Below, piece by piece: positions 22,901 through 35,384 of a stretch of 64,000 nt of DNA. Under the pieces are notes generated by a model. It worked only from the letters and a program-made list of their open reading frames with translations, had not been told where the DNA came from and did no database searches. This stretch comes from Mobula hypostoma (Eukaryota): the NCBI RefSeq assembly GCF_963921235.1, contig NC_086108.1, forward strand, positions 96,784,001-96,848,000, in the 5' to 3' direction. The position numbers were made by a program, and so were the translations under genes. How positions within the stretch are numbered: position 1 is the stretch's first letter; every line of letters starts with the position of its first letter.

Positions 22901-25871
22901 GAGCACAAACGAGCAAATCTGCGGATCCACCATCCCGTGTCTCTCAGGTCCCACCACCAGCTCTTGGGCTCTCTCACCCCACCATCCCTGTTTCGATCTG
23001 CCTCTCTACCAGAGGACTCTAGGTTCAGACCCAGGGAATAATTGTCAAACACAGTTTACTTAAAATTACGTACTGTTTATTAGCAAACTTGCGTCTCAGT
23101 TGAATTACAGAGCCCTGCTCGCAAATCTGCAAATCAAGTGAGCACCCGAGTACTGTCTGGGGCTGCTGTTATACCTCATACATACTTTGATAAGGGTACA
23201 CAGTGCAGCTTTCTCCTGCAACAAACACTTATTTGTTCAGACATTATTCTCACAGCATGGCTTGTTAAGCTGCCAATAAGTCAGTTAGGTTTTAGCCCTT
23301 TTAATTCTGCATCTAATTCCTCACCTGAACACCTGAAACCTCCATTTTCCTCAGACACTACCAACCCCCTTTCCCCCCTCTTCTCCCAGCTCCCATCCAT
23401 GCCAGGTCTTCACCATTCCCTCTGACCTTCCCCTCTCTGAGGCAGAACATTCTGTCCTCCGTAAGGGCATTATCTTTGTCCCACTGCGCCCACACCTCAG
23501 TGAGTTCTGTGCCCGCCATGACACTGAGCTCTTCTTCCTCCGTCTTGGACCCTACTTCTTTGGCAAGGATTCTCCACCTTGCAGTAATGACCCATTCTTC
23601 CATCTTCAACCCTCCTCTTGCTGGAGGGTTCAACCTGCTCTGGTCTCCTGCCTGCTCTGGACCTTTTCATTGCCAATTCCTGACGTGACATCAACTTCCT
23701 CGACTTCATCACTCCTCTCTCCAATTCCAACTTCACTCCTTCCGAACGCTGTGCTCTCCACTCCCTCTGGACTAATCCTAAACTCACCATCAAACCCGCA
23801 GATAAAGGGGGTGCTGTAGTAGTCTGGTGTACTGACCTCCACCTTGCTGAGACCCAGCAACTCTCAGACACATGCTCTTACTTGACCCCCGAACAGGACC
23901 CCACTAAGAGTCACCAGGCCATTGTCCGCCACACCATCACCGACATTATTAGCACTTGGGATCTCCCATCCACTGCCACCAACCTCAGAGTTCCCACACC
24001 CTGCACCTCACATTTCTACCTCCTACCTAATATCCCCAAACCTCTTGTCCAGGTAGACCCATTGTTTCAGCTTGGTTCTGCCCTACTGAACTCATTTCTG
24101 CATGGCTCGACTCTTGTTTTATCCCCCCTTAGTTCAGCCCCTTCCTACATCTGTAACACTTCACACGCTCTGGATCTTTTCAATGATTTCAAGTTCCCTG
24201 GCCCCGTCCCTATCATATTTTTGCTATGAATGTCCAGTCTCTATACAACTCCCTCCCCCACAACCACCAGGAAGATCTCAAAGCTCTCCATTTCTTTCTG
24301 GACATCAGAACAAACCACCAACCAGTTCCCCTCCACCACTACTCTACTCCATTTGGCAGAACTTGTCCTTAGCCATGGGCACTTGCCTGGGTCTCAGCTA
24401 TGCTTGCCTTTTTGTCAGCTGCATGGAACACTCCAAGCCTACGCTGGTGGCCGTCCCCCACTTTTCCTACTCTACATCGACGACTGCATTGGTTCTGCTT
24501 CCTGCACCCATGCAGAACTTGTCAACTTCATCCGCTTTGCTTCCAGCTTCCACCCTGCCCTCAAATTCACCTGGTCTGTTTCCGACACCACCCTCCTCTT
24601 TCTCGATCTATCTATCTGTCTCTATCTCTGGAGACAGCTTATCTACTGATGTCTATTATAAACCCACGGACTCTCACAGCTACCTGGACTATACCTCTTC
24701 CGACCCTGTTACTTGTAAAAACACCATCCTCTTCTCTCAATTCCTCTGTCTCTGCTGCATCTGCTCTCAGGATGAGGCTTTTCATTCCAGAACAAAGGAG
24801 GTGTCCTCCTTTTTCAAAGAAAGGGGCTTCCCTTCCTCCTCCATCAATGCTGTCCTCAACCACATCTCTTCCATTTCACGCATGTCTGCTCTCACCACAT
24901 CCTCCGGCCACCATACCAGGGATAGAGTCCATCTTGTCCTCACCTACCACCCACCAGCCTCCACATTCAGCACATAATTAAACTTCCGCCACCTCCAACG
25001 GGATCCTACCGCCAAACACATCTTTCCCTCTTCTCCCCCATCCCTTTTTCATTCATCCGTCCCCACTGATCTCCGTCCTGGCACTTATCCTTGCAGGTGG
25101 AACAAGTATTACACATGCCTCTACACCTCCTTCCTCACTTGACATTCAGAGCCCCAAACAGTCCTTCCAAGTGAGGTGACACTTCACCTGTGAATCTGTT
25201 GGGGTTAAATACTGTGTCCGATGCTCCTGGTGTGGCCTCCTGTATGTTGGTGAGATCAATGTAGATTGGGAAACCACTTCACTGAGCACCTTTGTTACAT
25301 CCACCAGAAAAAGTGGGATCTCCTGGTATCCATCCATTTTAATTCCACTTCCCATTCTGAAATGTCTATCCATGACCTCCTCCACTGTTGTGATGAGGCC
25401 ACACTCAGGTTGGAGGAACAAGCCCTTTATATTCCTCCAACCTGATGGCATGAACATTGATTTCTTAAACTTCTGGTAATGCCCCACCCTGCCACCCCTT
25501 CACTATTCTCCATCTCTTTCTCCCCCCCCCCACCTTATCTCCTTGCTTGCCCATTGCCTCCCTCTGCTGCTCCTCCCCCCCCTTTTCCTTCTTCCATGGC
25601 CTTCTATCCCCACCTATCAGACTCTTCTCCCCGCCCCCCCCAGCCTTGTATCTCTTTCACCAATCAACTTCTCAGCTCTTAACTTCATCCCTCCACTCCC
25701 TCCTGGTTTCACCCATCACCTTCTGTTTCTCCGCCCCCCCCCCCACCTTTTAACTCTACTCCTCATATTTTTTCTCCAATTCTGCTGAAGGGTTGCGGCC
25801 CGAAATGTTGACTATACTTTTTCTATAGATGCTGACTGGCCTGCTGAATTCCTCTAACATTTTGTGTGCGT
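22901..25871 (+). mobile_element. Near full-length Penelope-like element (RT + GIY-YIG), frameshifted
   Basis: Motifs TIKPADKGGAVVV, AMGT..G.SYACLF, YIDD, VYYKPTDSHSYLDYTS, YCVRCS.CGLLYVGE, QPDGMNIDF; terminal repeat with hammerhead remnant (25777-25814); short inverted tip at 22904-22925; 15-bp TSD TACTT(CA/TG)TTTAACCT at 22886-22900 and 25872-25886. Confidence 0.92.
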
Positions 25872-25954
25872 TACTTTGTTTAACCTTAATCTGATGTATC
25901 TATCTGTATGTAGCAGGCAGACATGATCATGCCACGTAAAAACTTCCCTTATTT

Positions 25955-26082
25955 GGTACTTGGATGAGTGGGGTATGGAAGATTCTGGTCTGTGTGTGGG
26001 TAGATAGGACTAGGCAAAAACAGGTTGGCACAGACTAAAATGCATCGAACGTCCTGTTTCTGTACTGTAATGCTCAATGACT
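25955..26082 (+). mobile_element. CR1 3' tail fragment
   Basis: GGTACTTGGATGAGTGGGGTATGGAAG...CCTGTTTCTGTACTGTAATGCTCAATGACTC. Confidence 0.6.
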
Positions 26083-29039
26083 CAATTAATCTACTTTGGC
26101 TTTTAAACTCCCTTTAAGTTATAACAACATGTAATGTTGGATAAGGAGCTCCAAAGGAAAAGGTTCTAAGCTTATTGTCTAGTGTGAACATACAGTGGCC
26201 CACAAAGCAGCACTGAAGTATTAGATTGAACATTGCAATAATCAGTTAATGGGAGATGTTACTTCAGTGCTAGCTAGAAAATTTTGATGACTGCTATCTG
26301 TAATTCCATGAGGTACTAAAACAGTTGAATTAAGCCTATATGAGAGCATCTTGTATTTAGGCAAATGTTAAATAATTATACTTGAAAAGCAGTACATTTT
26401 CAAGTGTAATTGTTTAACATTTATGCTTGAAAATGTGTGTAAATGCTTTTGATAGGAAGTCCATCTGCAAGAGAGTTTGCTTTGAATTTACACAAATTTA
26501 AGAATTGGGGAATAGAATATGAAGATACGACAAGAATGATTTTGAAAATCTTGGGCTGAATTGTTACATCATTTGATTCTCTGGTGCAGGCTGTTTTCTC
26601 AAATGCCATTTAACACTATTTGAATTGCCAATAATTGCATGAAAGAGCAGTTTTTGTACCAGTAAACTAAGCTTCCTGGACAGTTTACACTGTACAGTTT
26701 CCTGTTTAAGTTTTAAACTCTCTGTCACCACCTAGTGTGCCATAACGTAATCTTGAAACTAAAGAAGGAGCTCCAATCATATTACTCAGGAACTTGGATG
26801 CACCACTACTGTGAAGTGGCATAAGATTATCTGTCTAAAAAAATCAGTGGTGACAAGTAAGGTTGCAGTCAATATGGGTAATGCTGTTGGGAAAATGGCT
26901 TCATCCCTTGGATACCAGTTTTTCCATAGATTGTACCTTATCAATTCAATTGACCCTAGTTCACTGTTCAACTTTGTTTTGCTGTGAAGATTAACAAGAT
27001 GCAAGATCATTAAAAGTTGGTGGCATTAATCTCACAATGCAGTGCTTTTCCCCTTGGTCAAGCTAAATGTAGGTTGCTTCAGAGTTGGAGATGAAAATGA
27101 TCAATGCAGTTTTACCCTAGACTATAAAGAACAATATATAGTGTATGTTGAAACATTAGAACATTATAGTCAAATATATTTACATATTGGGCAACAATAC
27201 ATCCCTACTTCAGGAGAGCTATCTGGAATATTATTTTTGTATGCATATTTACTTTCGATGCGCATGTTTCTATTGGCAACTTTAGTTTAACTACATAATT
27301 TTAACTCTTTAATTATATTATTTATGTAATAATTATACATTTAAGTTGGATTTTATTTCTCTTGCAAGGAATGTTATAAAGTCTGATTACATGGAAATAA
27401 ATGCAAACATTGCCAGCATAATAACCTGAGGACAGCAGCTCGTTTTACTGTATATATTTCTTCGCTACCCTTAATAAATCTATGTCACCTTTAAGCTACA
27501 GAGAGATGGTTATTGGCTTTGGAAATTGGATTCCAAGTGCAAAAGTATGTTGCAGGTTCAAAACTAACTTACAAATAACATAGTAAATGTTGAGGCATAT
27601 TTAAAGTCATTGTTGAGAGCAAATTCTTTACTCTAGAATGATGAAGTTGGGAAAATATAGCAGACAGAGATGTGAGAAAAATCAAATAGAGGCCTTCAAA
27701 ATATTGTTCCATTTAGGGATACAACAGAGGTGAGCTTCAAATCTCTTTCAACATAGTCTTATAACTTCCCTGTTCAAATTCTGACCCCTGATTCAATCTG
27801 CTATCAAATGACAGTTGTGCAGTTGATTTAACGGCTGTACAATAGTCATAATCATAGTCATACTTTATTGATCCCGGGGGAAATTGGTTAAAGTCTTAAG
27901 TCACTGTTTTTGATTTGAGGAGTCATTTTTTAATTTACTGAGCAGACTTAAAGCACTACAATTAGAATGTCTGGGAAAGATCATGACTGATTTAGGTCTT
28001 TTTGTCATATATGGACAGCTTTACTTTAAGTTGTGTTGCAGAGGATTCCATTTGGTTAGTAACAGTAAATTTACTAAGAAAACAGGTACAGCATTGACTG
28101 GGATTGCATGAACAACATTTTTTAAGTCAACCAACAGTACATTACAACCTTGCTGATCAGAATGCTTTTATTTTCTTGTGCCATACATTGATTGTCACTT
28201 GAGCATCAGGGTACACAGATTAAGAAATTGGGGAAAAATCTTGAAGAACTGACACATTTCAACATGACTGGATTGCAACAAAAATACAGCAGTTGCAGTG
28301 GTGAACGTATTGTATTCCATTATATTGTTCACAGTTATCCAAGATAGAATCCAGTAGAAGAACATAATGTATGTACACATACACACACCAAGCAGTATCT
28401 TTCACATTTTGTACTCCAGATAATTTATCCCATTTGGGAACCATTATTAACTATTCCAGTGCAGTCATTATGCAAATAAAAATGTCTGCATTACATGCTG
28501 GATTTCCCCATATTACAGTCACTTACAATTCAGAAACTCCAGAGTATTCTGTGTAAGCAAACTAATGAATTAATTTTAGACCCTGAAGCTAATGTCAATT
28601 TTTGACTTCAGGATGTGAATATTATTTATTTTATTAGTAATGCAAGAGAAATATTTTAAGATGCAAGTGATTCTATGGAAGAGGTTGTTATTCAAACTGA
28701 ATTTAGTTGAAATGTTTCAAGGTTTATTAGTTGCAGATGAATTCATTGCAATTGGGAAAACAGCTCAGTACATCTAACGGGTTACTGAGAAATAACTGCT
28801 GAATAAAAGAAGATGTATGCACATTCACAAGAGAGTGAGAAATGATAGGAAAAGAAAGTGATTGAAGAAAAAGTAAGAGAATAATTTACGTGATAATTCA
28901 CATTTGTAAGTGCTTTGTTTACATCATTTTCCTTTTTTTCATATTTCTATGTATGCTTAACTTATTTTTTGTTCACAATTTAATTTGAGTGTTACACTGG
29001 AAGATACTAATAAAGGGGAAACTAAGTGATAAATTGGGC

Positions 29040-29310
29040 CTCATGATAGTCTAATATTTAGCACGATACGATTACAGCTTGGACAGTAGGAGTTCAATTC
29101 TGGCATCCTCTGTAAGAAAATTTGTACTTCATTTTTGTGTGTACATGGGTTTGCTCTGGGTGCTCCTGTTTCCTCCCACAGTCCAAAGATGTACCAGTTA
29201 GTCAGTTAATTGGTCATTGTAAATTGTCCTTCGATTAGGCTAAGCTGGGCAGCGAGGTTCGGTAGTTGGAAGGGCTTGTTCAATGACGTATCTCTAAATA
29301 ATAAATATTT
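29040..29310 (+). mobile_element. V-SINE/HE1-like SINE
   Basis: B-box-like GAGTTCAATTC, V-core GGGTGCTCCTGTTTCCTCCCACAGTCCAAAGA, (TAAA)n tail. Confidence 0.8.
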
Positions 29311-30319
29311 TATAAAGAGCATCTAGTTTCATCAAGTCTATGATATAGGAAGACTATATGGGGAGACTAATCTGTTCCATGCTCACACAATCCTTCATCT
29401 AACCCAACCATGTTTGTTGGCCCTTTACTTTTTTTCACTCCCTCTAAATCAGGCCTGCTTATTTGTCTCAGCTAACAATGCACTCTCCATTCTTACCAAA
29501 ATTTCTGGAATTCCCCACTGATTTATTGTTGACTATTCTAAGTTGATGGAAGGCAGTTTTTAAATTCCCTAATGGATTTATCTTGTTCAAGTGGGAACAC
29601 CTTTCCTGTATCTACCCTAGTCAAAGTTCTTATGATTGTAACACAGTCTGTACTGTCGATTTCTATAAGGATAGTGGTTGCATGGGAATGCTGCCACCTG
29701 CAGGTTCCCCTCCAACTTAGAAATCTATTGCAGATCCTTTATCATTACTGGGTCTAAATCCTACCCAATAGCAGTTTATGAAAATGACTCATTCTTGTCT
29801 GTGATGTCTGTGTTCTGAAAAATAAATGGGGGGGGGGTGGGAAGACGCTATGAACATAATGCAATTCTAAATGTTTAATATGCTAGAACTCTTCATTTTT
29901 GTTAATGGAAGACTTTAATAGAACATGTCATTGTGAGTAGTTGTATGGGTTCCAAAGCTGAATTTAAAAAAATTCTCTTGTATTCAGTAATTTTTTAATC
30001 TCTTTCAGTTTGTACTCTCTATAAAATGGGAAGTGTAGAATTTGTTATTCTAGCGGCAAATTTTCTTACTTTTTTAAGCATAACAAATAGGTGACTGCCA
30101 GACACAACATAATGTCAAAGGCAAGTTACCAGAATGGACAGGAGATTTGTATAGGCAGTACCATCTATTTAAAGATTTAAAAAAGAAAGTACACTCTTAG
30201 GCAAAACAAAACATGTCTTAAGACATTGCACATTTAAGTGCAGTGGATATACAGTATAAACTTTAAGCAGTTGAAATACCATATTGCACTGGTTGGGCTT
30301 ATTTTTATTTTTTATTTTT

Positions 30320-30798
30320 TCAGAATCAGAATAAGTTTTAATATTGCCGGCATATGTCGTGAAATAAGTTGACTTTGCAGCGGCAATACAATGTAATACA
30401 TAACAGTAGAAAAAAATTGTGAATTTCAGTGTGTGTGTGTATATGTAGTGCAAAAACAGAGAACAGTGTTCATTGGTTCAATGTCCATTCAGAGAACAGA
30501 GGGCAGAAGGGAAGAAGCTGTTCCTGAATCGTTAAGTGTGTGCTCTCATGCTTCTATACCTCCTTTCCTGTTGGTAGCAATGAGAACAATGCATGTCTTG
30601 GGTGATGGGGGTCCTTAATGATGGACACAGCCCTTTTGAGACATCGTTCTTTGAAGATGTTCTCGATACTATGGAGGCTGGTACCCGTGATGGAGTTGAC
30701 CAAGTTTACAACTCTCTGCAGCTTTCTTCAAGCGGGTGCTGTCATCCTCTTCCCCCACACCCCATACCAGTTGGTGATGCAGCCAGTTAGATTGCTAT
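30320..30798 (-). mobile_element. Rex/Babar-like LINE 3' part (left of inversion breakpoint)
   Basis: Minus-strand S.LTGCITNWYG...KLQRVVNL...SIENIFKERCLKRA.SIIKDPHHP; (TTCTGA)n tail. Confidence 0.8.
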
Positions 30799-31740
30799 CT
30801 GTCATATCTTCTTTGCATGAAACATGCAAAACATTGCAATTTTGTTGTGAAGAACTGGCAAACATGTTTTGAAGTATTTTCCATTTCTAAAAGTTTTCAC
30901 AAAGTGACTGAAAATAAGCCAAGTTTGCTTTATCAGAGCGTATTCTCTTCAAATGATCAAGGATCCTGGACGGTTTCAGTGCCTCATTTGAAAAAACGTT
31001 TTCACACAACAGATGCGTTGGAGCTGATATAAATCCTTATTTCAGATATTCCACACTCTACTGTCTACACTTTTTCATTTGGTCTGCTTCTGCCATTTTC
31101 ATTATGGATTAGCGACCACAGCCAATTGTATATCGTTAAAGTCCAACTTCAAGTGTTGTGATCAATAAGGAGAAAAATGATGACATCTTCATAGCTCAGG
31201 CAAAATCTGACTCTGTCTGAAGGCATATAAAGGTGGGCAGATACCTCGGTTCGGCTGTGAGTTAGAGAAATGCAGTCAAGACCACTTGTAGATTCTGAAT
31301 TTTACCCCATTGAACACCATACCCTAATTCATAGCAATTGCATCACTGTATGATTACAGTCTGGGAAGCGTACCAACACTGTACTACAGTAATGAATGGC
31401 AATAATGCATGGGCGGGGCCCAGAAATAACACGATTTCTTCAGTCCAGATTTCTCATGATATGTCAAATACAGAAGTATCACATTGCTTTTCACAGTTAT
31501 AATATGCTTCAAGCAAAATCTAGGAGAACAGCAAGAGATGAGGTGATCATCATTGTAACCAATTGTGAGGCACTCAGGATCAAATGATTGTATAAGTAAT
31601 TCATTTCTTAAATTAAGCCTGTAATCCCTCAGCTGTTCCCCTTGTTCCCAAGCACCCCCTCCCACTACTCCATTTATCTTTGTTGCTCCCTTAAAAAACT
31701 CCCACCACCCCCAAGGGGGTGATATTGCATAAACCAACAT
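30799..31740 (-). mobile_element. hAT (ZBED5/SCAND3-like) 5' part, inverted
   Basis: Minus strand from about 31096 reads, across frameshifts, MAEADQM.K.CRQ.SVEYLK.GFI...LLCENVFSNEALKPSR..DHLKRI (BED-finger region). Confidence 0.72.
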
Positions 31741-31744
31741 TGAA

Positions 31745-32120
31745 TACAATTGGCCATTTCATCATGAGCACTAAGCAACTTAACCTTCTGGACCAACCTC
31801 CCATGTGGGACTTTTTGTCAAAAGCCTTGCTGAAGTCCAAATGCACAACCTTCCCTTCATCAACGTTCATGGTAACCTTGTCAAAAAAACAATTTGTTTA
31901 GTTAGACATTACCTACCATGCATAAGCCATGTTGACTATCCCTAATCAAGTCCTGTCTATCCAAATACTTGTATGTGCTGTCTGTTAGAATATCTTCCAT
32001 TAATTTACCCACAAGTGACGTCCAACTCACCAGCCAATGATTTCCCATATTATTCGTAGAATCTTCCTTAAACCACTGAATAATATTAGCTATCCTCCAG
32101 TCTTCTGGCACCTCATCCAT
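31745..32120 (-). mobile_element. CR1 RT fragment
   Basis: ORF 31902..32120 EVPEDWRIAN...SLVGKLME.IL...LIRDSQHG; DFSKAFDK downstream. Confidence 0.8.
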
Positions 32121-32184
32121 AATGCAACTCCCAAACTACACACCACAAAATTGCAGAGACAGCTGCGATAATTGCACATTCTTC

Positions 32185-32377
32185 TTGATGTGCAGCAGCA
32201 ACCTTGAACTCAATGTCATTAAGACCCAAGAACTGATTTTGGACTTTAGAAAGGCTAAGACAAGGAAACACATACCAGTCCTCATAGAGGAATCAGAATT
32301 AGAAAGAGTGAGCAATTTCAAGTTCTTGGGTGTCAATATCTCCGAAGATATAAACTGGACCCAACATATCGATGCAG
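32185..32377 (+). mobile_element. Rex/Babar-like LINE RT C-terminal part (inside inversion)
   Basis: NLELNVIKTQELILDFRK...ERVSNFKFLGVNISEDINWTQHIDAA. Confidence 0.8.
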
Positions 32378-32724
32378 CTTTAATGCTTACTGTTGCACAC
32401 AGACATCAGATACCTCTCAAAAAGAAACTGCTTGAAACACATTTATGCACTTCTTGAGACTCTGCTATAATTCTTTGAAGACTTGAATGCTTCAGTCAGT
32501 AATTAACTTAAGAATATTAGGCATGACATTGCTTATTTGGCAGAATTATTGGCAGAGTTTAATGAAATCAATCTTCAATTGCAAGGAAACAATGTGAACC
32601 TTATCAAAATCAAATCAGTCATCTCTACACTTCTGTCCAAGTTAGCCCTATTTAGGTGTAATATTAGCCATCGCAGCCTTTTCCAATTTCTGAGCTCTGA
32701 GTTGGAAGCGAAAGGAAGATGACC

Positions 32725-33410
32725 AAAGTTCAAAGTACATTTCTTGTCAAAGTATGTATACTATATATAACCTTCAGATTCATCTCCATACAGGCTACCA
32801 TAAAGCAAAGAAACCCAATAATAAAAAAAAACACCATCAAGCAAGAAAGATAGAACAAATTGTGCGAACAATAAAAAGTAAGCCAATATCATTCAGAACT
32901 AAAGTTCACAAAAATGAGTTTACAGTCACAAAGCCAGTCATCACTGCAGTCAGTCCAGGTGTCAGTTAGTTGCAGGCCATAGCCTCAGTTCAGTGTAGAG
33001 ATTAGTAAACTTTGCTGAGCAGCAAGCTGAACACCAGCCTGCCCCTCTCTTCCAGCCCAGGCACCCTGACCTTTTAATGCGGCCCGGCACTTAAATTGGC
33101 TAAACCTTGGCTCGTTCCTTGCACTCAGACCCCAGCCTACCACTTTGATATGCCCTCGGGCCTGGGTCCTGCTACCCCAATTCACCCTGCAGATGCCACA
33201 CTGCAAATGTCATGAACTTTCAGACTTCAGTTCACACCATGAAAATGCCAGGTTTTAAGGTCGTTTCAAAAGCTCAGCTTCGAAAGGAAAGTTACAGGTT
33301 ATTGATTGCAGTGATCTTTTTCCAGAAAAAGTGTGATTAATAAAGAAGTTAGTAATTTTGTTTGCTGCCAGTAAGTTGTCGCTGTGTTTCACCAGCGCTA
33401 TCTTAAACTG
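32725..33410 (-). mobile_element. Short non-autonomous LINE derivative nested in hAT
   Basis: The minus strand starts CCAGTTTAAGATAGCGCTGG and ends with a (ACTTTGA)n-type tail; hAT coding sequence resumes on both sides. Confidence 0.55.
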
Positions 33411-33436
33411 GGATCGCCAGAAGATCTTCATGTATA

Positions 33437-34215
33437 CAGTAAGTCCCCGGGTTGAGTACGTCTGACTTACGGACAGCTCGTACTTACGAACGGACTACCA
33501 TAAAGCCTATTATATTAAAACTTTGTGACTGTCATGAAAACATTGCGCGGCTTCAGCGGTTCATTAGCTTGAGGAAGGAGAACGCTGTCTGCCATTTTAA
33601 GTTGGATCACGTTGCCGTTAACACTGTGTTGAGTGTATAACTTCGTATTTGGCTTGAATTTTTCTCTTATTTACCCTTGTAACCATGCCTCCAAAGCGAA
33701 AATCCAATGCAAGTGCTGGTGATGCATCAAAGAAAAGGAAAGCGATCGCGATTGAAAATAAAGTGGAAATAATAAAGTAATCAGAAAGAGGTGACAACGC
33801 CACTGGTCATTGGAAAAGCGCTAGGCTACAGTCAGTCAACGATCGGAACAAATTAAAAGGATAATGTGAGAATAATGGAGCATGTGAAAGGCTCTGCCCT
33901 GATGAAAGCTACAATTATTACTAAGCAATGCAGTGGTTTAATTATTGAAATGGAAAGGCTATTGATAATTTGGTTAGATGATCAAAGTCAACGTAATATG
34001 CCTATTAGCCTTACTTTAGTGCAAGAAAAGGCTCGAAGTCTTTTCAGTGATTTAAAAGCTGCACGTGTGATGAAGAATTTGTTGTGAGTAGGGGTTGGTT
34101 CAGTCGTTTTAACTGATGCCAGATAAGAACCATACGTACCTGTTCCGACTTACAACAAACTCGACTTAAAGACAGACTTGGGAACGGATCTCGTTCATAA
34201 CCTGGGGACTGCCTG
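33437..34215 (+). mobile_element. Tigger/pogo element, internally deleted
   Basis: TA TSDs; TIR CAGTAAGTCCCCGGGTT / AACCTGGGGACTGCCTG; CENP-B-type HTH remnant MPPKRKS...KVEIIK...EMERLLIIWLDDQ.QRNMPISLTLVQEKARSLF...SRGWFSRF. Confidence 0.9.
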
Positions 34216-34239
34216 TACTGTGCCCACTTGAGTAAACTC

Positions 34240-34420
34240 GGAATCAGAATCACTGGCATATGTCGTAAAATGTGTTCAGCAGTACAGTAACAGAGAAAAA
34301 AAACTGAATTACGGTACCTCAATATATAATAGTTAAATAACTCGTCAAAAAAGGAAATTAAAAAAAAGTAGTGAGGTAGTAGTATTCATGGGTTCAATGT
34401 CCATTCAGAAATCGGATGGC
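34240..34420 (-). mobile_element. LINE 3' tail fragment (same family as 30320-30798)
   Basis: Shares GAATCAGAAT..GGCATATGTCGT.AAAT and GGTTCAATGTCCATTCAGA with the 30320 copy. Confidence 0.7.
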
Positions 34421-34507
34421 AGACAGACAAGTCAGAGATTTCAGGAGCCTCTCTTGATCCAAATTCCAGATTGGGTAATAAATCCATTACTGACACTTGT
34501 AATGAGG

Positions 34508-34605
34508 GGCAACACTGACAAAATGCTGGAGGAACTCAGCAGGCCAGGTCCTCCAGCAAATTGTGTGTGTTGCTTGGATTTCCTACATCTGCAGATTTTC
34601 TCTTT
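34508..34605. mobile_element. About 98-bp PLE-derived fold-back mini-element
   Basis: GCAACAC..ACAAAATGCTGGAGGA / TCCTCCAGCAAATTGTGTGTGTTGC inverted; 12-bp TSD CTTGT(A/G)ATGAGG at 34496-34507 and 34606-34617. Confidence 0.8.
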
Positions 34606-35384
34606 CTTGTGATGAGGAATAGACAGGAATGATGGAGGAAGTACTGATCTTGCTAGAAAATGAGTTTGAGGTCACAAAAATCATATCAAGATTTTTGCTT
34701 GCAGAAGTAAATCTCTGACCGTTATCCTGCACTGTGGGGAAAAAGTTCAAAGATGTTCTTTATTCCCTTTTGAACATCATATTTAGTGGAGTGTGGTTTC
34801 AGTGCAGTCGCCCAACTTCTTTCAAGGCAACAAAACAGACCTCAAATTTCAGAACGTGGTGACCTGAGACTCTCAAGTACATTTAGTCTGATGTCGAGAA
34901 GCTGATATCACTGTACCAAGCTCATCCATCACATTGAAAGATGACAAAACAATGAAGTAGTGCTAATGCACACTTTAAAATTTTATTTTATTACAGTTAA
35001 AAACATTTTATTTGTAGCGTCAAATGAATTTGAATAACTTATGCAATTATTTGTCACTACTTAAAATTCACTGTGCATTGTAAATCAGAATTCTTCAGAG
35101 TTTTTATGTAAAAGTCAAAGGGAGAGGGGTCACTGGGGACATGGTCTGGGAGCGAAGGGGGCAGTAACCCCAAAAAGTTTGGGAACCACTGGTTTAGTGG
35201 GAGAAGCCAGAGTGTAGTAATAGATTGTTGTCTGCCTAAGTAGAAGTGTGCATTAGGGATTGGTTCTGGGTTTGATCTTAGCAGCTGAAAACATTTTAAA
35301 TAACAACATTAAAAAAAGTACTAATTTCAGTAACTTAGAGTAGAAAGGGGTTGTAATTGGTGTTGGAGAAAAGAATACTGGTAA

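Larger units (their letters stand above)
32378..35191 (+). mobile_element. hAT (ZBED5/SCAND3-like) 3' part, interrupted by four insertions
   Basis: LLLHT..RYLSK, RHDIAYLAEL..FNEINLQLQG..VNLIK.KSVIS, IPDWVINP, SYLVECGFSAV, QAHPSH*; right TIR AAAGTTTGGGAACCACTG followed by GTTTAGTG (central TA). Confidence 0.85.

Noticed and set aside
24102..24977. 291-aa Ser/Pro-rich ORF as a host gene
   Set aside because: A frameshift mosaic of the decayed PLE RT.
29060..29110. tRNA gene
   Set aside because: The A/B-box-like motifs are the SINE head; no cloverleaf.
33687..34110. Domesticated TIGD or ZBED5 host genes (also 32378-34940)
   Set aside because: Stops, frameshifts, internal deletions and retained TIRs/TSDs indicate transposon fossils.
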